A stretch of DNA of 64,000 nucleotides. Source: Octopus sinensis. Lineage: Eukaryota. This document shows, piece after piece, positions 12,511 to 26,421 of this stretch. A program made the position numbers and the translations under genes. Where the stretch lies: positions 99,324,001-99,388,000 of the forward strand of contig NC_043005.1 of NCBI RefSeq assembly GCF_006345805.1. Direction: 5' to 3'. Under the pieces are notes generated by a model. The model made no database searches. It worked only from the letters and a program-made list of their open reading frames with translations, and was not told the DNA's origin. Every line of letters starts with the position of its first letter. The first letter of the stretch is position 1.

Positions 12511-13581
12511 ACATGAAAAGGTAATATTATTTATGGATATGGGTTTTCAAACATCATATTTTGATAGAATAAATATAAACATCTCTTTTGCTGGTTCCAG
12601 CCAGTAGATAGTGGCCATGCTGGGGCACCATAATTTCTGAGACTTAAAGTAAGGAATAATAGATGTTGTAAAGAATAAGTTCAATGGGTTTCTACATTGT
12701 GTTAAGACATAAAACATATATTTAAATTAATTACAAGAAAATGCAACACACTTTTAATCGATTTACGCATAGCACAAAAAATTTCTTATTTTATATCAAA
12801 AGTTATGCCCAAAACTCATACAGAATACAAAATGACCAGAATTAGTGACTAAGCAAGGCTGTCAAGTCAATGAGATCTAATTCCAGAATTTAGTTAAAAG
12901 TTATGATAGGAACCATAAATTATGGAAATATGATATTGAGATAGAGAGTCATTACAAACGACTTGGCATTTTCAAATTATTTCTCAGAAATGAAAGAAAG
13001 AAAAAAGAACAAAAAATGCCAGTAAAGTATAGACATCAGAAAACCAATTCTTCAAAACAAATGAGAACCAACCATTTTAAAGGAGTTAACACATACTTCC
13101 ATTTCCTTTCATGATTCCATTTTATCTCTCTCTTTGTTTGCTATCTTTTCCCTTTATCTTGTTAGATAATTACAAGATATTAACAAGGAAGGTCGTTGTG
13201 TGCTAGACATATTAGGCACCTGTAAATTTCACACAAAGGTTAACTTTTGATCATCTTGCTGAAATAACGATTAAGTTAATCACCTTTATGTAAAGCTCTT
13301 CTGATAGCAACCACACTAATTGTGCTGTCTAATTTGGTGAATTTCACCGCTTTCTTATTCTTGTATGTTTAGTTTTTGTTCCACATCCTTCTTTCAATTA
13401 ACGGTTTGAAAAATTAAATTCCTTTCTTTTGAAAACAGCAAACAGTAGAGTTGCTTAAGATCTTTACATCTCTGGCAAAATTAATTTTTATCAATTGGAA
13501 ATATTAATTTTGATTAAAACCCAATGATTAGCCTTAATGTTGCATGTGTGTCCTTGTGTATGTGCATGCATTGAGCGTGTA

Positions 13582-13616
<35 letters not shown>

Positions 13617-14323
13617 GTGTGTGTGTACTTGTATATGAATGCATGTATGTTGTTGTGTATCTGTGCATATATGTATGTGTGTGTATGCATGCCTGTATGA
13701 ACGTGTGTTTATGAATGAGTTTAGATCTTCGGAGTGAGTGTAAGTTATGTTTGACATGCTCTAATGTGTGAGTAACTGTGCATTGTATGCAAAATGTGTT
13801 AAACCAATGTGTGTATGAGCGTAAGCAGAAAGCTTTGCATGTGCCAATACATAGGCATGTTTCTCGCATACCCTCGTGTACATGTGACTCTATGTAGACA
13901 TGTGCCCCTGTGTGCAGGCAGGTGCCTGTATGTCTATGTAGTGGGGAATGATCTGATATGTGGATTAAGGTTTTCTTTAGTCACTTTAAAAGTATGCACA
14001 CACACACACACACACGACACACACACACATACATGTGTCTGTTGTGTGTATATGTTTCGATACATTTGGTTTTGTTCACTGTTTGAAGATAATTTGCTTC
14101 AGTTGTATCATGAATGCACTTAAGAAAAGCATAAACGTCACAAAAACTTTATTCACCACCCTTTTCAATGTGGGTTTAATATTGGGTATTCTTAATGTCA
14201 TAGGAGGTCAACAGAAAAAAATATCTTACCTAAAACAAGGGAGAGAAACTTGCTTCATTTGACTGGTAGACAACCAATGTTATTTCTTACAATGAATGTG
14301 AGCTAGGTGTAACTCTAAATATA

Positions 14324-14635
14324 TCATCATCATCATCATCGTTTAATGTCTGCTTTCCATGCTAGCATGGGTTGGATGATTTTGACTGGGGACTGGCGAA
14401 CCAGATGGCTGCACCAGGCTCCAATCTTGATTTGGCAGAGTTTCTACAGCTCGATGCCCTTCCTAACGCCAACCACTCTGAGAGTGTAGTGGGTGCTTTA
14501 TACATGCCACCGGCACGGGGGCCAGGCAGGTGGTACTGGCAACGACCTCGCTCGAATCTTTTTACACATGCCAGTGGCACAGGTGCCAGTAGGGCGATGT
14601 TGGTAACGATCACGCTCGAATGGTGCCCTTGTACA
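14324..14635 (-). mobile_element. RTE 3' UTR/tail fragment
   Basis: catcatcatcatcgtttaatgtctgctttccatgctagcatggg... is the reverse complement of the RTE tail. Confidence 0.85.
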
Positions 14636-14825
14636 TATCTAATGCCTCCTCACAGGTATCTGTATCAGCATTCACACATGCAGAAAGGCATCTGTCTTGC
14701 TATTTAGCTTAGAAAATTATATTTTACTTCACAAACAAAATCTAGCAGTTATCTTTAAGTAATTAACTAGACATAGAGAAAAGAGACAGGCTTGGAAGGA
14801 CTGGAAGAATGGTGGTAGCAGGGAA

Positions 14826-16750
14826 TTGTATCAGACTGCCAAAAGAGAAGCTAGGAGACAGGTCTATTTAGCAAGAGGGGAAGCAGATAAGAAAAAATTT
14901 GCCAATGTTCTGAGCCGTGAGGACCAAAGACTTGAAGTATTTCGTGTTGCAAGACAGTATGTGAGAGAGAATTGGGATGTGGTAGGAGAGAAATGTATTC
15001 GCATGGATGATGGTTCACTTGCGCTAAATGAGGATGCAAAGAGAGAGGTTTGGAGATGCCACTATGAAAGGTTGCTGAATAAAGAAAATGAATGGGATAA
15101 AGAGAGTCTGCTGAATGTTGACCCAACAGAGGGACCAGCTATCCGAGTTGACAGTTCCTTGGTAGTTAAGGCAATAATACAGGGAAAGCCCAAGGCCCAT
15201 CTGGACTCACTGCAGAGATGCTCAAAATATCTGGTAGTGTCAGCTATAGCCTAGTCACCCGTATAGTTAATCAGGTGATACACAAAGGAGTCATACCCAA
15301 TGACTGGTGTAGCAGCATAATAGTCAACTGCTACAAAGGTAAAGGTGACGCCCTAGATACAAATAATTACAGAGGTATCAAGCTGTTGGATCAGGTAATG
15401 AAGGTTACGGAGAGGGTCATAGCCCAACTAATTAGAGAGAGAGTTAGTTTAGATGAGATGCAGTTTGGGTTTGTGCCAGGGAAAAGTACTACTGATGCTA
15501 TATTCCTGGTAAGGCAGCTGCAGGAGAAATACCTAGCCAAAGATAAGCCCCTGTACCTGGCTTTCGTTGACATGGAGAAAGCCTTCGACAGGGTCCCCCG
15601 ATCCCTTATCTGGTGGTCAATGAGGAAACTAGGGATAGACGAATGGTTAGTGAGAGCTGTACGAGCCATGTACAGGAACACTGCTAGTAAGGTGAGGGTT
15701 GGCAACGAGTACAGTGAAGAATTCCAGGTAGAGGTAGGGGTCCACCAAGGCTCAGTCCTCAGCCCCCTCCTATTTATCATAGTCCTCCAGGCAATAACGG
15801 AGGAATTCAAGACAGGATGCCCTTGGGAGCTCCTCTATGCTGATGACCTTGCTCTAATTGCTGAGTCGCTATCAGATTAGAATCGAAGGGTCTTAGAGTC
15901 AATCTAGCTAAAACCAAAGTCGTAATAAGTAGGAAGGTAGACAAATCACAAACGGCTTCATGTAGATGGCCCTGCTCGATCTGTAGAAAAGGCGTAGGTA
16001 GAAACTCTATAAGATGCACCAAGTGTAAGCTATGGACACATAAGAGGTGCAGCAATATCAAAGGAAGGCTAACTGGGAAGATAGTTTTAGTATGCGGCAG
16101 ATGCTCAGGAGCAATAAACATTGAAAATGCGCAGAGACCAACTTCTGCCACATTCCAGGGAGTAAAACTAGAAATAGTTGATAGCTTCCATTACCTAGGT
16201 GACCAAGTCAGTTGGGTGTGCTGAAAGTGTAACTGCTAGAATAAGAATAGCTTGGGCAAAGTTCAGAGAGCTCTTACCTCTGCTGGTGACAAAAGGCCTC
16301 TCGCTCAGAGTAAAAGGCAAACTGTATGACGCATGTGTACGAACAGCCATGCTACATGGCAGTGAAACATGGGCTGTGACTGCTGTGGATATGCGTAAGC
16401 TCACAAGAAATGAAGCCAGTATGCTCTGATGGATGTGTAATGTCAGTGTTCATACTTGACAGAGTGTAAGTACCTTGAGAGAAAAGTTGGACCTAAGAAG
16501 CATCAGTTGTGGTGTGCAAGAGAGACGTTTGCACTGGTATGGTCATGTGGTGAGAATGGATGAAGATAGTTGTGTGAAAAAGTGCCACACCCTAGCGGTT
16601 GAGGGAACCCGTGGAAGAGGCAGACCCAGGAAAACCTGGGACGAGGTGGTGAAGCACAACCTTCGAACTTTAGGTCTCACCGAGGAAATGACTAGAGACC
16701 GAGACCTATGGAAGTATGCTGTGCGTGAGAAGACCCGGCAGGACAAGTGA
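14826..16750 (+). pseudogene. Disrupted RTE reverse transcriptase ORF
   Basis: ORF pieces 14826-15254, 15218-15880, an open frame 15877-16212, 16199-16429 and 16475-16750; several frameshifts, a deletion after YADD, and in-frame stops. Confidence 0.92.
15973..16104 (+). other. C4HC3 PHD-type zinc finger encoded inside the RT
   Basis: CSIC-RKGVGRNSIR-CTKC-KLWT-H-KR-C-SNIKGRLTGKIVLV-CGRC, i.e. C-x2-C-x10-C-x2-C-x4-H-x2-C-x14-C-x2-C, in frame between GLRVNLAKTKV and SFHYLGD. Confidence 0.8.
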
Positions 16751-19367
16751 AACCATTACCCATGGCCTCTACATGGGATGTAGCCAGACCACTTATGCAT
16801 ACCTTTCCTCCTTGGGACACAAAACTCTACTTGTGAAGACCTTTCCTTCTTGGGACACAAAACTCTACTTGTGAAGACCTGTTGAGGCAAGTGAAAATCC
16901 AAATCCAAATCGATCAACATCAATGGAAATTGCAGCTGTGATACCAGTGCTGTGATACCATCTGATCGTGACCATTGCCAGCCTTGCCTGGCCCCCATGC
17001 CGGTGGCACGTAAAAAACCTCAATCACATTGTGGCCGTTTGTCAGCCTCATCTGGCACCTGTGCTGGTGGCACGTAAAAAGCACCCACTACACTCACGGA
17101 GTGGATGGTGTTAGGAAGGGCATCCAGCCGTAGAAACATTGCCAGATCAGACTGGGCCTGGTGCAGCCTTCTTGCTTCCCAGACCCCAGTTGAACCGTCC
17201 AACTCATGCTAGCATGGAAAGCGGACGTTAAACGATGATGATGATGATAGATATTGCATGTCAATTATTCATATTCAGTAAGATAGATTTCCTTTTAAAA
17301 TCAGGAACAGCTTTTTTCAGTCTTTACTCCATCTCTGTGAAAGAATATTGCCCCATCTTTCTCAGAAACATGTATATTTTCTCAGTTTTACATGATCAAT
17401 TATTTGTTTTACCAATTAAGCAGTATAAATTCAACGCAAAGCATAGCCAATAGGTGAAAATGGTGAAGATGGGGATAATGAAGATGATGATGATTTCATC
17501 TTATTGGCTAAGTTTCCAAAAGATGTTCATTGATTCTGATATATACAGTCTCAACATTACTAAACAATCACCAAAATTTTCTTTTCTTCCAATAAGCATA
17601 ACTTATTATTATTCTAAACTTTCTTAGATTAATTAAAAGTGTATGAAATATTTTAACAGTGAAACACAATGTTTATATTTTGTTAATTGAAATAATTGGA
17701 GGTTTCGAAGTCTAATTGATTAATGTGTTGGAAATATAAATAAATTTCATAAAATTGGCAATAATGTTATCAAATTCTTTTTAATTCTGAAAATTTTACT
17801 TTCATATATTTTCACCTAGGTTAGATAATTTTAAATGTACCTGCAAATGCCTTAAGCACATTTTACTCTATATTTGTGCAGAAAACACCTGTCATATTCA
17901 ATACTAGATTCAGCCTTGTGTTATAACTACTATGTTAATATCATTCCATCACATCCCACTAAAAAGACTGTCGCATGATATAAAATCTTTATTTCGTTAT
18001 GAACAAGGATCCGACATATACCATTTTCTTTTTGTTACACCAAACTGTGCTTCAGTTTGGCAATATTCTATACAGTGCCATCATTTTCTAATATGATCAT
18101 CATGATTTGGAATGTCTAATAACCAAGGGAGGTATTTCTGCAGGGTCAAAGTCGGATAATTTTAAATGTAACATCTTTGTAACTGACCAACATGCTCTGC
18201 CAGAAGCAATTTGTTTGCAGCGAGATGGCTGGATAAGATATTAATTCTTGTAAAATGGAGGTAATGAAGAGCAATGCTGGAGACGCAACCTATGTGTCAG
18301 CAATGATTAACTCTAAGTTATGGATAAGTTCTCCTACTTTTGACCTAACCTTCAGCTCTCACTGTAAGTACATGTGATTAATAGAAAACCTCAGAATTAT
18401 ACTACAATTAGAATTAGCCAATAACATCAACGAATTTCAAAAGCCATTTATATAAAATTTTAATTAAAATATAAAAATAGTTTTGGAAATAACAAGATGG
18501 TTTTTAATGAAAAACAGTTAATATAGATTAATTTTACATATTCTTATTAAAAAAATTATAATGAATGGCGACAGGTTTTTCATTAGTATGGTATTTAATT
18601 TTGTGTGTGTGTAAACATAGCCAGTGTTGTTGTACAGGTTGTTAATGAGATCATATATAATGGAGAACTTGAACGTGTCCTTAGGCTAGATATGAGTCAC
18701 ATGTATTCTCAGTCAGGCGTACACACCTTGTAAATGTTTAGTTACAGAATACAATGTCATAAAGTAATTAGAATCTAATTTAATGTTACACTATTCAACA
18801 GCTAACATCCTCTTTGGCCAATAAACTTGGATTTTATAAACCAAAACAAAATTCACAGCAAAACCAAACTGTTGTTATTTAACCCTAGGTCAGCTCTGGT
18901 CTAGAAGACTCATGATCAAGATGAATCACTTGTGGACCATACCATTCTTTTCTCAGACATAGTGTAGCTAGTCTGTATAGTGTGTTACAAGCTACAATAT
19001 GCACTCCCTTTTTTAGGCTGTTAATTCAAGGTCAAGCAACCCCTAAAAGGCTCCTTCATTAACTTATTTGCAAAATGAATTATGTCTGTAAGGGAAATCT
19101 ATAATTGGTTTGCTTAATTTCACTAAATTTGGTTGAATAATGGTTATTCTGTCTTGCCCAGACTTGTGTCTCTGACGGGAACTTTCTAGGGGCAACCCCA
19201 TGGTCTTTCATGACTGAAGGAGATCTTTACTCTTTATTTACCAAAGCTCCCTCATCACAAGACAAAAGAAAGGAATAGAATTCAATTATTTGATTCTAGA
19301 ATATTGTTGTTTTTCTGGATAAAGTTAACTCTTGTAAGATTTGAACTTGTAACAAAGGAAGTGGAAA

Positions 19368-19724
19368 GCGTGATCATTGCCAGAGCAGCCATCTGGCTTC
19401 CGTGCCGGTGGCACGTAAAAGGGCACCATTCGATCGTGATCGTTACCAACGTTGCCTTACAGGCACTTGTGCCGGTAGCATGTGTAAAAAGATTCGAGCG
19501 AGGTCATTGCCAGTGCCACCTGACTGGCCCCCGTGCCAGTGTTATGTATAAAGCACCCACTACACTCTCGGAGAGGTTGGCGTTAGGAAGGGCATCCAGC
19601 TGTAGAAACTCTGCCAGATCAAGATTGGGGCCTGGTGCAGCCATCTGGTTCGCCAGACCTCAGTCAAATTCATCCAACCCATGCTAGCATGGAAAGCAGA
19701 CGTTAAACGATGATGATGATGATG
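19368..19724 (+). mobile_element. RTE 3' UTR/tail fragment
   Basis: Homologous to about 16965-17248; ends gacgttaaacgatgatgatgatgatg. Confidence 0.85.
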
Positions 19725-21587
19725 AAAGAATTTAGTTGGTGCTCTACAGTTGCCACTAATTTCACTGCTGAGGCTGACTCACAGTTAACTAAACTGATAA
19801 TGTTACACCATCATGATGGTCTATATGCTATCAATGATAGTGTCTGTATAATCAGTGACTATGTGTGTGTGTGGGGGGGGAGGCATCATCATCAGCATTT
19901 GTTGGGTGGTTTGACAAGAGCTGGCATCATCATTATTTGTTGGGTGGTTTGACAAGAGCTGGCAAACTGGAGGAGCTGCTCCAGTAGCTGAGACACTTTT
20001 GTTGACTTTGTTCTTGTATTTGTTAATAGGTGTCATGAGGTGGTACAGTTGATCACAGTAAGTGGCGAAAGCACTGAATGATTAACAAGCATTTTATTAG
20101 TTCATTATTGTGAATTTAATATACCCTACGACTTGAATCTGTAATGAAATAAAACATCTTACTGTGGTTCATTTTTAACCAATTTTACCACCATAAAATG
20201 TTGATTAGATATCAACTATGCAAGCAACCTTAACAACAACAACAATAACAATAATTACGATATTTTCTTTAAATACAAGACAACTGTTTTTCGTTTTATT
20301 TAAGTAAGTGTATATAATTAATTGAATTAACAACCGTATTCATTGCTACTTATTTCATTGAGCCTAGAGAGTTAGGTGATAAATCAACCACAGCAGAGTT
20401 TCAAATCAGAATAATGATTGATGAGATTAAATAGTGTAAGGCCTTCAAGTACTCTGTTGCTTTTGTTGACTTATTGATGATGATGATGATGATGATGATG
20501 GTCACAACAGTGAGGATGATGATATTTCCAAAAGTAATTATCAAGCAAATGGAAATTGATATAATTGATATGAGGAAATAGAGGAAATTTGAAGACCTCG
20601 CTATTTAAAAATAAAATAAAACGAAATTGATAAATCGTGTGTGAGTAATTAAATCAAAGAACATAGGGATAAGGTTGGAAATCTACTTTGTTGTTAATGT
20701 CACTTTTGTAATTTATTTTAGCAGGAATTTCTATAGACAGATGAAATATGACTGGAATTATGTGAAATATGAGGTGACAGTGAATTACATAGTGGAATCT
20801 TATCTTTGGGTTTTGATGATTTCTTCATTTAAAGAACAAGTAATATGACATTAGTTAGCTGAACAGAGATGGGAGTTGGAAGGAAAGAAAGAGGAATTTA
20901 TGCCAGATAAAGAAGGGGATTAATTTCTATCATATAGGATCGAATCTCAGACTGAAAATAATATAGAGTTAGAATTACCAAAGAATGTTAGATTAAAAAG
21001 AGTGATTTCTTGTTTTAAAGATATTACAATGGCTACACTGTAAGTTGATAGTGTTATTGTAAAAAGAATAAGATTGTGTTTCTGTCAATTTTGCAGGAAA
21101 TGTCCATGTTTATTAGAGATGATGTTAACTGGGTTGTCAGATTATCAGCGAAATACCTGAAGAATCAATAGTTCACATCCCATGTCTTCCAGAAAATACA
21201 ACTTTCAATGATTTATAGAATCCCCATCAACTGTGAAGACCTGAAGAGATCTGTGCTACGAAGAGTTAATGCCATAGAAAGAGGCAATAGAGAGAAAAAG
21301 ATCTAATATTTTTGGTTAAAGTTTTTATAAAATCTTACTTTGAAACATTAAAATTTCTTTTCTTTACAGAACATACCAACACATTTCAATTCTGACTTGT
21401 CAAAGTCAAACCTGGTTAGCAGTAACTTACATAACTGGAAGAAGAGATACAGTTTACTGCTGTAAGTTGAAACTGGTACCATATACTTGACTTAGGATGT
21501 GTTAGTGTCATTCAAGAGAGCAATGTCTCTCAACTCCTGCGTACTTTGTCAAAATTTCAATACAGGTAGATGATAAAATAAAAATTA

Positions 21588-21785
21588 GCAGCTGTGTGGT
21601 AAGTAGCTTGCTTACCAGCCACATGGTTCCGGGTTCAGTCCCACTGTGTGGCATCTTAGGCTAGTGTTTTCTATTATAGCCTTGGGCTGACCAAAGCCTT
21701 GTGAGTGGATTTGGTAGACGGAAACTGAAAGAAGCATGTCATATATAACCCGTGCTAGCGTGGAAAACGGACGTTAAACGATGAT
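21588..21785 (+). mobile_element. 5' half of SINE family A joined to the last ~38 nt of an RTE tail
   Basis: Family A head through gaaagaagcatgtcatatata, then acccgtgctagcgtggaaaacggacgttaaacgatgat. Confidence 0.7.
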
Positions 21786-21798
21786 ATATATATATATA

Positions 21799-22479
21799 AA
21801 TACAAATAAGAAAATGGAGGAACAGATTCATTTCAATCATTGACTTACAGGTATTACCAATTCATATTATTTATTAACTACATAAATAGGACATAAGCAT
21901 AGCCTGTAATGGCCTATCTCTTACCTCTTGATCTGTGAACTCTATGTATGTACATACATATACCTTTTGTATGATGTAAAAGGATAAAATCTCTTTATAT
22001 ATGTATATGTATTAGTAGATGTTTTTTGTGCATGTATGTATATGCATATACATGTATTTGTTACCTGTGTATATATATATGTATGCAGAATAAGACTGAA
22101 GTTTAGATTTTGACTGTATGATATATGAATATAATGACATAATTTGTTGAATTAATGTGCTTGCATCTTTCATAGGTATCTGTCTATATATTATGTTATA
22201 CTATATTGTATATGTGATATATAATATATTATATTATATTATACTATATTTTATGTGGTATTTTCCATCTACTATGTATTGTGAATAGCAGAATGCACAC
22301 AATCTAATATTGGTATTATTAATAATAATAATAATATTAATAGTTTTGATAATGTAATGAACTTTGTACTTTGTACATATACCAATTGATGTGGATGTAT
22401 ATGTATACTCCAGTATATATATTTGATTATCTGTAACCTTATGTGTATGTATATTATTATATATATACATATATATATA

Positions 22480-22541
<62 letters not shown>

Positions 22542-22901
22542 TCTTGCGTATGTGTATTTGTTTCATATTTATATTTGCATTTTTGTAATTTTATAATTGT
22601 ACTTTATAATCTCTGACGAGGCCTTGAGATATATATATATAAGTAACTCATTTCTAACTGCATATTGCCTCAATACATCTGACTAATATATGCAGAATGA
22701 GATACCTTATCTACAGGCTAAAACAGCTGTAGGATCCATTATATGTGTATTATTTTTATGGTATTATCTTATTGATGTATACTGTTTTATTTTGTTAGAT
22801 TTAGATGTTCCTATTTACGTAGTTAATAAATAATATGAATTGGTAATATCTGTAAGTCGATGATTGAAAGGAATCTGTTCCTCCATTTTCTTATTTGTAT
22901 T
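21799..22901. repeat. ~96-bp inverted repeat pair (21799-21894 / 22805-22901) enclosing AT-rich DNA and a degenerate hammerhead
   Basis: The reverse complement of the left arm matches the right arm with about 5 substitutions and 1 indel. Confidence 0.85.
22609..22735 (+). ncRNA. Degenerate type I hammerhead ribozyme
   Basis: CTGACGA at 22613-22619; stem II base ggcct/aggct with a long insert; AAAA instead of GAAA at 22720-22723; palindromic ACAGCTGT; GTA triplet; stem I atct/ggat. Confidence 0.55.
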
Positions 22902-24896
22902 ATGATTTTGAGGTAAAACATTTTACCTTCGCCCATCTAATACAATAAATGAATTAATTGCATTGCAATTGTAAGCATTTATGTATTTGCCTTTTGGGTG
23001 CTTCACCACCAGTATATTGGATAACTGATATCCCATAGCGGGTTACACTCATAACCCCTATCTCACTTTGTACATACATATATATATATGAAGTAATAAT
23101 ATGTGATATGTAAATAAATATATATTTTTACAACCATCCAGCATTCTGAACATCTTTTTTCTTTCATATGTATTAAATCTGTACATCGTCCCCAATACTT
23201 CTAACATACTTGTTTGGATGTACACGACCTCAGAATGGATGGATTAGAATCAAACCCACGACTAGAAAATTCCAGCAATACAGGAAACCTCATTGAAAGA
23301 AGCGAAACAGAATACTCACAACAGACAGATCTCCTCACACAAATTTGCAGAATATGCAACATTGGAGTAAATAACACGGAATCTACAGAAGATCTTCTTA
23401 CAGAAATCTACAAATCCAGAATGAACGAAACACAAATGAACTCAACCAAAAGATACCAAAAACGCAGAAAAACTTCTAACAGAAATATCCCAAAAACTAA
23501 ATTTGATCATCCTAAAACTGGATGCAATTCTCCACAACAGAGAAAATGATCTCCATAAGAATAACACTGAAAATGCTTAATTAATTGAGTCAAATAAAAA
23601 GAAACCAACTAAAAGTGAAACCCAAGAACAAAACCCCCTGAAACCGAACCTCTGGAAAAAAACTCCTAAACCAACGAAAACATGCCTACTGGAAAAGCTT
23701 CCGCTGTGAAAACAGCAAATATTTACAAAAATTGGTGAAGCAAAGCCGAACCAATCCTACCCAGGAAATTCCTGATCAAAGAAATACAGGGCGAAGCTTT
23801 AGAAGAAAAATGGATAGGGGCAAACTTAGCCTTATACCGCCTAGAAACAGAAATTTCCCTCCTCGAATCTCGAAAAACACGATATTACAGAACCAAATAC
23901 CAAAGACTTCCTTACAGTCGATTTGAACCAACACCTCCCCCACCATATGGAAAACGAATTCCTGAACCTGGAAGACGAAGAGAAAACAACACACCTTCTT
24001 TTTTAGGGAAAAACTTCCAAAACCACCCACCGGACCCAATAAAATACAGACCCCAAAATAATATATTTATCAAATAGAAATATAAATAAGAATGAAATGA
24101 CACTATTACTAAAGGGTTTTAAATTTACCCCTACACCCACACCTAATTTGATCGAACTGAAATCAGATGTGGAACACTTTAGCCGTCGCCTGCGACTGCT
24201 AGAATTCTTAGGAAATAAGGATTTTGAGGATGAATCAATGGTAAAAAAGAAATCCCACTCCCCCCCCCCTACAAGGGAAGTGACAAATATCTGGATACAT
24301 ATATTGAAACAATCTCCAAATTTCCTCTGAAGTCACAAAAACACAAACAAAACCTTTCTACAGAAGAAAAAGAAGCACTACAGACACTAAAAAATGACAA
24401 CTCGATAATCTTAAAAGAAGCAGATAAGGGTGGAGCAATAGTAATCATGGACTACTATAAAGACAAAATACTGGAAATGCTGACAGACGAAACATATTAC
24501 AAGGAAGAACCAGGGCACCCAGAAAAGACAACAAAATCAAAAATCAGAAAACTGATCGAAGAATACCGAGACTCTTTCACAGAAAAAGAGAAAGAATATA
24601 TATGCTACTCTCAAACCAAAGAGAGCAACTTCTATGGCTTGCCGAAAATCCACAAAAGCTCGGCAATAGAAAATGCCATTAACGAACAAAAAAACAAATA
24701 TATACGAATACCAAGACCTACAGACCTGAAACTAAGGCCAATAGTGACGGGCCCCCAAGCACCGACCCAACAATTTAGCCACTTTTTTGGACATCATACT
24801 TAAACCTCTATGCCCCCTCCTACCAAGCTATGTAAGAGATGGCATCGATTTCCTACAACATATCCCGGACATAGTTCCAGAAGGTACCATACTCAC

Positions 24897-25134
24897 TGTT
24901 GTTGTTATATATATATAATGTATTGAGTATTAAAAGAAGTAGTGAGTACTTAGTATGAAAGATTAAGAAAATGAGAGAGACTGAAACAACGTGTTAACGA
25001 TACAAGATACTTTATTCGACTGCCGTTGTTGTACAAGTTAATTGTTTTGGCGGGAAACAAAGTGAAAGTCCTTTTATCAAGGGAGACAATGGGCGACGTT
25101 GATTGTTCATGTTTGTTGTGATGATTATATAACA
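24897..25134 (-). repeat. 3' LTR (238 bp)
   Basis: Identical to 29183-29420 except for 2 substitutions. Confidence 0.97.
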
Positions 25135-25159
25135 TCTTCCTTTTTTTTTTTTTTTTTTT
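25135..25159 (-). promoter_or_regulatory. Polypurine tract
   Basis: Minus strand reads (A)n-GGAAGA immediately before the TG of the 3' LTR. Confidence 0.85.
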
Positions 25160-25429
25160 AATTTTTTTTATATCATCTGTATCTACAGGGAATAATTATT
25201 CGTCGTCCACTTTTTGTGGTTTTATTATTTTGTAGTGTTGAATTCTGTAGTTGTGCTGTTTTTGTTTTCATGCATGTTTGTTGACTTTGGAGATATATTT
25301 TCATAATCTAATTCTTCTGTTATGCGAACGTGTTCGTTTGTTTTAAGAATATGTTGTCTATTTCGTTTGACTGTATTTCCTTCCTCTGTTATTACTAAGT
25401 ATGAACGAGGTTGCTCTAGTTTTTATTAT

Positions 25430-26200
25430 TTATTTGCCCCTTCTAAACCAATTGTTGTTAAACTTAATTCTAACCGTGTCGTGTGGTTTTAACTCTGGGA
25501 GTTCTGTTGTAATGTTTGATTTCTTCTTTTCGTGAGGCCTGATACCAATTTTGTCGTGTAGTATGTTTGGGAGATTTGTTCGCAATGTTCTATTCATTAT
25601 TTGATTTGCAGGGGATGGTGCACCATTTTGTAATTTAGTCGTGCGTAATGCTAAGAGCGCTAACTGAGGTTCTTTGTCACTTTTGAATGCCTTTTTTAGC
25701 GTCTGTATATTTCTCTCAACCATGCCATTCGCTTGATGATAATGCGGGCTTGTCTTCGTGTGATGAAAATGCCAATTTTTTGCAAATTTTTTGAATTCAG
25801 CCGAATTGAATTCTGGACCGTTGTCACTTACAACTGTTTGCGGAATTCCGAATTTAGCAAAAGTTTCTTTTAATTTTTTGATTACGGTTTTTGACTGGCA
25901 ATCATTTATTTCGTTTAGATCAAAAAATCTTGTTGTATAGTCAATAATTGTGACATACGAATTTCTAGACAGGTGAAATACGTCTGTACCCACTTTGGTC
26001 CATGGTGTAGTAGGGTAGGTATTTCATGATTTATTAGTGGTTCGGCTGCTTGTTGATTTTTGTAGTCAATGCAGTATGAGCATGTGTTAATCATGTCTTT
26101 GATTTGAGTGTTAATGCCGGGCCAGTATATACATTCCTTCGCTCTCTCTATGCATTTTTCGATACCCATGTGTCCGGTATGTATTTCCTGTAGAGCTCTC
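25430..26200 (-). pseudogene. Gypsy integrase (frameshifted)
   Basis: Zinc-binding H..GHMGIEKC...YWPG...C-x2-C; core VGTD, SDNGPEF and NGMVERNIQT (DDE). Confidence 0.93.
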
Positions 26201-26421
26201 TACGTAATGACTTAGGTACAATTATTCTTGAACCTTTTAGAACGAGACCATTGACGATTGATATTTCATCACGAACGGATACGAATGGTTTGATGTTTAT
26301 TGGTATTTTGTCTTTTGGGGGCCATTCTGTTCTTGTAAATGTGACGAGTGTCTGTAGAGACGGTCGTCTGCAGTGGCTTCTTTATACTCGTTTAATTTAG
26401 TGTCGGTTATGGGGTAATTTT

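Larger units (their letters stand above)
14770..17248 (+). mobile_element. 5'-truncated RTE-clade non-LTR retrotransposon
   Basis: RT motifs in consecutive ORF pieces (NYRGIKLL, QFGFVPGKST, FVDMEKAFDRV, GVHQGSVLSP, LLYADD, SFHYLGD) and an RTE-type C-terminus (WYGHVVRM...GRGRPRKTW). About 500-bp 3' UTR and (GAT)n tail. 38-bp tandem duplication at 16801-16876. Confidence 0.95.

Noticed and set aside
14760-17260. TSD for the large RTE copy
   Set aside because: No convincing duplicated flank found.
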